DNA from: Candidatus Krumholzibacteriota bacterium
GTDB taxonomy: Bacteria > Krumholzibacteriota > Krumholzibacteriia > Krumholzibacteriales > Krumholzibacteriaceae
Direction of reading: 5' to 3'
Assembly (NCBI GenBank): GCA_030609325.1
Contig: JAUWCL010000002.1
Span: 69,451 to 133,450 of the forward strand
DNA: 64,000 nt
The notes beneath the pieces are model-generated. The model had not been told where the DNA came from. It did no database searches and was given only the letters and a program-made list of their open reading frames with translations. Below are positions 59,524-64,000 of the stretch, piece by piece (position 1 is the stretch's first letter; the number at the start of each line of letters is the position of its first letter). The position numbers and the translations under genes are program-made.

Positions 59524-59958
59524 CTAATTCCCGTCACCCAGCCAGCCCTGGTTGGCATCCTCAACCCCATCGAATTGCGGGATGTACGGCTTGAGGTCGA
59601 TCACGGGAGATCCATCGAAGGCGTCCAGGCCCTGTACGTGCAGGGTGGACCCCGATCGCCGAACCAGCTTCACCACGGTCATCCCGATAGGGTTCGGCCG
59701 TCTGGGTGACCGCGTGGCGAAGACCCCATGACGTTCCTGTTCCCACGGTGTTTGAACTAATGGATTCCAGCCGGACGAACGATCGAAGACGTAAAAGACC
59801 ATAATGTGTGAGAAAGTCTCGATATCCTTCAGCCCCGCTTCATATTCCGGGTTCATCACAATCAAAGACTCCACGTTAGGCGCCAATTTTCCCTGCCGTG
59901 GCGCCGACTTCTCAGCTGAATATGGTGAGCGAATGACACCTATCTTATTGAAAACCAT
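59524..59958 (-). CDS. tsaA: tRNA (adenine37-N6)-methyltransferase TsaA/YaeB family
   Basis: IGVIRSPY...GVFATRSPRRPNPIG...VIDLKPY signature. The track ORF extends 50 codons upstream (Cys-rich, hydrophobic); internal ATG chosen by homology. Confidence 0.65.
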   Translation of the reverse strand: MVFNKIGVIRSPYSAEKSAPRQGKLAPNVESLIVMNPEYEAGLKDIETFSHIMVFYVFDRSSGWNPLVQTPWEQERHGVFATRSPRRPNPIGMTVVKLVRRSGSTLHVQGLDAFDGSPVIDLKPYIPQFDGVEDANQGWLGDGN

Positions 59959-60743
59959 GCCGAAATCCTCTGTCCTTTCCTTGCGCACGGAGTCCACCTC
60001 CTGGCAATCCCCACAACATGATACCGCCTGGGCCGCGATAACCACGCAGAGTACTGCGTGTACCACGAATCCGGGGAGGCGTCGAAGCCTCTGTTTTAGA
60101 TGATTCATGAGCCCGCTCCCTTGTCCCTGTCAAAATCTGTGCCCAAAGATACCATGAAAATGCTCGGAATATCCAACAAAGTTCGCAAACCATGACACAG
60201 CGAGAGGCTGTATGAGTTGTGGGGGGGATACTAAGAACGGGGGCACATCCCTCTGAATCCTTGCAGTACGGCAGTAGCTAACGGAGAGAAGCGCTCCGCG
60301 CCCAGTGTCTATTCCATTGCCAGGGAGATCATTCCAGCAATGGTGGAAAGGGAGGTCATCATGATGGGTCGAAAACGTGTTGACACCGATTCGATGATCG
60401 CTTCCCGTGCAAATAGTTGGCTCCCCGGTCTGGACGTTTCGCGAACCTTTCGGGTTACATTTTCAAGGATTCGCTATATCGTTTGGAGTGGTCCCGTGTC
60501 TCGATGCATTATGAGCTTCTCGAGACTTACTGTTTACGCGATGATATGAGTTAACGCCCTTTTAATATTTGAGTTATGCAAGTTTATTCCTGAAATCGGA
60601 CCTAGTGACAGACTTGGCTTAATCCTTGCGGAAATTTAACAACATGCAGCCATTCGTTGATCAGGGAATGTTGACTAAAATACAGGCCTTATCAAAAAGT
60701 CTTGGTTTGCATTAGTTACATGACTATCAGCAGGAGGCAAGTT

Positions 60744-61127
60744 ATGACCAGGACAAAGATTTGTCTTATCGTGGCTCTTTTGATCTCGATAGGTATTGCG
60801 ATTTCCGCATGCAGGGGTTCTGTTCATTATACCCAACCAGTCAATCCAGAAATCAAAGAAAAGCATACTGGACCACCGCCACACGCACCAGCCCATGGTT
60901 ATCGGCATAAGCATCCCGACGGAGTGGAACTGGTGTATAAATCAAATATCGGCGTATATGTCGTCGTTGGGTATCCGGAACATTATTTCCTCAAGGATAA
61001 ATATTATCGCTTGAACAATGGTTCATGGGAAGTAAGCTTCAATATTAAAAGGGAGTGGGCTCCAGTGTCTGACAAGAAACTTCCCTCCGGGCTCCGTAAT
61101 AAGAATGTACGCAAAAAGAAGAAATAA
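60744..61127 (+). CDS. small lipoprotein (about 127 aa), function unknown
   Basis: Signal peptide with lipobox (IAISAC), Lys-rich C-terminus, followed by a clean terminator. Confidence 0.5.
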   Translation: MTRTKICLIVALLISIGIAISACRGSVHYTQPVNPEIKEKHTGPPPHAPAHGYRHKHPDGVELVYKSNIGVYVVVGYPEHYFLKDKYYRLNNGSWEVSFNIKREWAPVSDKKLPSGLRNKNVRKKKK

Positions 61128-61160
61128 CATTTCACGTTCGTAAACTCCGAATTATCACAA

Positions 61161-61362
61161 TCTCTCTGTTTCTTGATAAAACGGAGCGCTCCGTATTTTT
61201 TGTTCTGATGACAGTAATCCGCAGGTTGAGTTTTGGATCATGGGCAGTTCTGATCGTGCCGGCCATCAATACTCAGACACCTGATCATATCTGCCTCTTG
61301 CAAACTGAAATCAACCAGTTTTTCGGGTTTCCCGTCATTATCATATTGTGCTGTATCAGGAT
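61161..61362 (+). repeat. about 200-nt non-coding repeat element, copy B (uninterrupted), beginning with the lipoprotein terminator
   Basis: About 95% identical to 58188-58278 plus 58565-58672. Contains the ACGGAGCGCTCCGT-T6 terminator hairpin (61177-61202) and a second internal stem AAACTG-aaatcaacc-CAGTTT-TTTC. Confidence 0.55.
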
Positions 61363-61711
61363 AGAGTATTTGGAAACAACAGCCGGGGTATTGACATCCT
61401 ATTTATCGTATGATAATATATGCTGGTTGATGATAAGGTAAGGCTACTCGGGGGAAAGTTAGCATCAGTATGTCAATAATCAAGCCTCTTTGAGGGCCTC
61501 AGTGAGGAGGTTGAAGAAGGTTCGGGGGCACTGATTTCGTGAGAGACGAAGTATGTGGGTGCTGTTGGGCTTATCTATATCTCACAGCAGGTGGTCTTTC
61601 GTTATGGGTTTGGAAGTTGGCTTAACAAATATTTCGTCCCACAGTGGAGGGCCTTATTACAAGTATGAACTTCGTAAATCATCAGAATTTATAACACATT
61701 GAGGCTAGTTC

Positions 61712-62671
61712 TTGAAAAACTCAGCTGAGCTTTCCATTGTCATCCCTGTTTACAACAGCAGCGGCACCCTCCGTGCAGTTGTAGAACGCATTCACGAGGT
61801 TTTCGCGGACATCGATTTCGAGGTCGTGCTCGTAAACGACGGGTCTGTTGACGATAGCGAAGAAACCTGTCAGGCCCTTCACGACACCCACTCTGATACG
61901 GTCACCTTTCTCAACCTGGCGCGCAATTTCGGGGAGCACAACGCCGTTTTGGCCGGCCTGAGCCACGCTACGGGCGCCTACGCCGCACTCCTTGACGACG
62001 ACGGGCAGACCCCCCCCGAGGAATTGCTCAGAATGTACAACGAAATCAAAGAGAAAAAATACGATGTGGTGTTCGGGCAGTACCGGATAAAGTATCACAG
62101 CAGGTGGCGCAACCTGGGGAGTCGTCTCAATCATCACGTCGCCAACGTATTGCTCAAAAAGCCGCGGGACCTCTACTTATCGAGTTTCAAAATCATGAAC
62201 CGATTTGTTGTGGATGAGATCACGGCGTACCACGGTCCGTTTCCTTACATCGATGGTTTGATAGTGCGATCGACTCAAAACCTGGGTCAAATCGATGTCG
62301 AGCACCGGCGGCGAGAAACGGCGCATTCCAATTACACACTGTCGAAGCTATTCTGCCTGTGGCTAAACTCATTCTTGGGTTTTTCCGTTGCGCCGTTGCG
62401 TATTGCCACGCTGGTCGGTCTCTTGACCTCGGTCCTCAGTCTTTTCTTGTTCACTGCCATCGCTATCGACAAGCTGTACATCAATCCCGGTGTGACGGTC
62501 GGCATACCGACCGTCCTTACCACCATTGTGTTCTTCGCCGGACTGCAGCTTCTAATTCTGGGCATAATTGGCGAATATCTGGGCCGCCTTTTCCTCGATC
62601 ATTCTAAAAACCCCCAGTACGTGATACGTTACGCCAGAATGAGAAAGAACAACCGCGATGGAGTTCTATAA
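61712..62671 (+). CDS. family-2 glycosyltransferase, ArnC/GtrB-like polyprenyl-phosphate sugar transferase
   Basis: LSIVIPVYNSSGTL...VVLVNDGSVDDS GT2 motifs, DDDGQ, and two C-terminal TM helices. TTG start assumed. Confidence 0.75.
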   Translation: MKNSAELSIVIPVYNSSGTLRAVVERIHEVFADIDFEVVLVNDGSVDDSEETCQALHDTHSDTVTFLNLARNFGEHNAVLAGLSHATGAYAALLDDDGQTPPEELLRMYNEIKEKKYDVVFGQYRIKYHSRWRNLGSRLNHHVANVLLKKPRDLYLSSFKIMNRFVVDEITAYHGPFPYIDGLIVRSTQNLGQIDVEHRRRETAHSNYTLSKLFCLWLNSFLGFSVAPLRIATLVGLLTSVLSLFLFTAIAIDKLYINPGVTVGIPTVLTTIVFFAGLQLLILGIIGEYLGRLFLDHSKNPQYVIRYARMRKNNRDGVL

Positions 62672-63638
62672 AGATAAACGCGTATTGATTACCGGCGGTA
62701 TAGGCTTCATTGGGAGCAACCTTGCCCTGCGCCTCGTTGAACTTGGAGCACAAGTGACACTGGTAGACTCAATGCTGCCGGCCTACGGCGCGACGCTCCG
62801 GAACATCGAACCTATAAAAGACAAGGTGCACGTGAATTTCTCCGACGTTCGGGACGCTGCCAGCTTGAGTTACATCGTTCAGGGGCAGGACTTGATCTTC
62901 AGCCTTGCCGGTCAGATCAGCCACATCGATAGCATGTGCGACCCGCTAACCGACATGGAGATCAATTGCCGCAGCCAACTGTCGCTGCTGGAATGCTGCC
63001 GACTCAAGAATCCGAAAGTGGTGATTGTCTTTGCCAGCACACGCCAAGTGTATGGCCGGCCGCAGTATTTACCGGTCAATGAGGAGCATCCGCTCTTACC
63101 GGTGGACATCAACGGGATCAACAATCTGGCCGCAGAAATGTACTATGCCCTCTACCATAAGGTCTACGGCATGCGTGCGGTCAGTCTCCGCCTGACCAAC
63201 ACCTATGGGCCTCGCATGGATCTGATGAGCGATACTAAGGGTTTCGTGGGCATCTTTGTCCGCAAGGCGTTAAAGGGAGAAACGATTAAGATCTACGGAA
63301 CCGGTGAGCAGCTCCGGGATTTCAACTACGTGGACGACGTAGTGGCTGCTCTCATCGTTGCCGGCGCCACCAAGGAAACTGCCGGCAAGGCGTTGAATAT
63401 CGGTTACCCGGAGCCGAAGAGTCTTCTCGAGTTCGTGGAGACACTGCGGATGTTTGCCGAGTTCAGTTACGAACTAGTCCCGTTCCCGCCGGAAGTCGGC
63501 ATCATCGACATCGGCGACTACTACAGTGACTTTCAAAAGTTTCATGAAGTGACAGGCTGGAGCCCCAAGGTTGACCTGGCTACCGGCCTCGAGAAAACCG
63601 TGACGTATTACCGGGAAATGGGTGATCCCGTCGCATAG
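62658..63638 (+). CDS. NAD-dependent epimerase/dehydratase (UDP-sugar decarboxylase/epimerase family)
   Basis: GGIGFIGSNL Rossmann motif and YxxxK (YALYHKVYG); overlaps the GT2 gene by 14 nt. Confidence 0.85.
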   Translation: MEFYKDKRVLITGGIGFIGSNLALRLVELGAQVTLVDSMLPAYGATLRNIEPIKDKVHVNFSDVRDAASLSYIVQGQDLIFSLAGQISHIDSMCDPLTDMEINCRSQLSLLECCRLKNPKVVIVFASTRQVYGRPQYLPVNEEHPLLPVDINGINNLAAEMYYALYHKVYGMRAVSLRLTNTYGPRMDLMSDTKGFVGIFVRKALKGETIKIYGTGEQLRDFNYVDDVVAALIVAGATKETAGKALNIGYPEPKSLLEFVETLRMFAEFSYELVPFPPEVGIIDIGDYYSDFQKFHEVTGWSPKVDLATGLEKTVTYYREMGDPVA

Positions 63639-63642
63639 TCCC

Positions 63643-64000
63643 ATGATACACTACTTCGACTACCGCCCCGGCTACCTTCAGATCAAGGATGAGATCGAGA
63701 AAGCAATTCACCTGGTGCTCGCCTCGGGTCAGCTGATCCTCGGTCCCGAAGTAAGTGCTTTTGAGCAGGAGTTTGCCAATTACGTGGGCGTTCATGGGGC
63801 GGTGGGCGTGGGCTCCGGCACCGACGCGCTGATCCTTGCGATGCGAGCCCTCGGGATCGGCCCCGGCGACGAGGTTATCACAGTGGCGAACGGAGGGGTG
63901 CCGCCGGTCGCCGCAGTTCGGGCGGTCGGGGCCGTGCCACGGTTCGTCGATGTCGATCCCGCGACCTTGCTTGTGGACCCCGCGCAGCTGGAGGCGGCGC
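63643..64000 (+). CDS. DegT/DnrJ/EryC1/StrS-family aminotransferase (ArnB-like), 5-prime part; runs off the window end
   Basis: MIHYFDYRPGYLQIKDEIEKAIHLVLASGQLILGPEVSAFEQEFANYVG... is the typical N-terminus of sugar aminotransferases. ATG 4 nt after the epimerase stop. Confidence 0.75.
   Translation, partial: MIHYFDYRPGYLQIKDEIEKAIHLVLASGQLILGPEVSAFEQEFANYVGVHGAVGVGSGTDALILAMRALGIGPGDEVITVANGGVPPVAAVRAVGAVPRFVDVDPATLLVDPAQLEAA

Noticed and set aside
60340-60549. 69-aa ORF in the AT-rich gap upstream of the lipoprotein gene
   Set aside because: No ribosome-binding site, odd composition, and it lies in a region better interpreted as a promoter/UTR.

Overview
This 64 kb window is a chromosomal segment with generally high GC (about 60-65%) and several clearly AT-richer islands, probably from an uncultivated anaerobic member of the FCB superphylum. 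Three proteins carry type IX secretion (T9SS) C-terminal sorting domains, which supports the FCB assignment. The anaerobic lifestyle is supported by rubrerythrin, desulfoferrodoxin, a flavodiiron protein and class III ribonucleotide reductase (NrdDG).

The left end carries sppA, a secreted metallo-beta-lactamase-fold (MBL) hydrolase and arfB. It also carries an apparent ECF sigma-factor remnant and a three-gene operon that I consider the best candidate for an undescribed system (4240-8291). That operon encodes a membrane-anchored protein with a cytoplasmic Lon-like (peptidase S16) domain, one transmembrane helix and an extracytoplasmic FG-GAP-like domain. It is translationally coupled to an unknown 361-aa protein and followed by a zf-HC2 anti-sigma-like protein.

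Next come a KamA-family radical SAM gene and a five-gene minus-strand oxidative-stress operon. That operon runs perR-like Fur regulator, DUF+heavy-metal-associated (HMA) fusion, rubrerythrin, desulfoferrodoxin, flavodiiron protein. A 7.4 kb gene encodes a 2455-aa secreted subtilase with an internal tandem duplication and a T9SS sorting domain. It is followed by a cluster of secreted proteins: a GEVED-motif protein, an Fn3/T9SS protein and a tail-fibre-like protein.

The middle of the window is mostly housekeeping: gdhA, a response regulator, a candidate cobalamin riboswitch in front of nrdDG, glgP, a PpiC-type isomerase, Smr, ogt, an Omp85-like outer-membrane protein, a PflX-like radical SAM with a Tat-like N-terminus, and glnS.

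The right half is compositionally mosaic. It holds a low-GC B12-binding radical SAM gene coupled to an 88-codon small ORF, and a low-GC hybrid histidine kinase. It also holds a stand-alone GMP-synthase ATP-pyrophosphatase subunit beside a frameshifted gene remnant, then cysE-cysK and a membrane-fused spermidine-synthase-like protein. An S1 protease sits next to a free-standing paralog of its own pro-domain, and an NfeD/SPFH pair follows. An AT-rich accessory block contains a 510-aa Fic protein behind an array of TTTTTCTTG-type direct repeats. Two copies of a roughly 200-nt non-coding repeat lie in this block, one interrupted by a 286-bp insertion. They bracket a cupin/TsaA/lipoprotein block. 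The block ends with an Arn-like sugar-modification locus (GT2, epimerase/dehydratase, DegT aminotransferase).

No tRNA, rRNA or CRISPR array was seen. Many long reverse-strand ORFs in the track are GC-driven antisense shadows.
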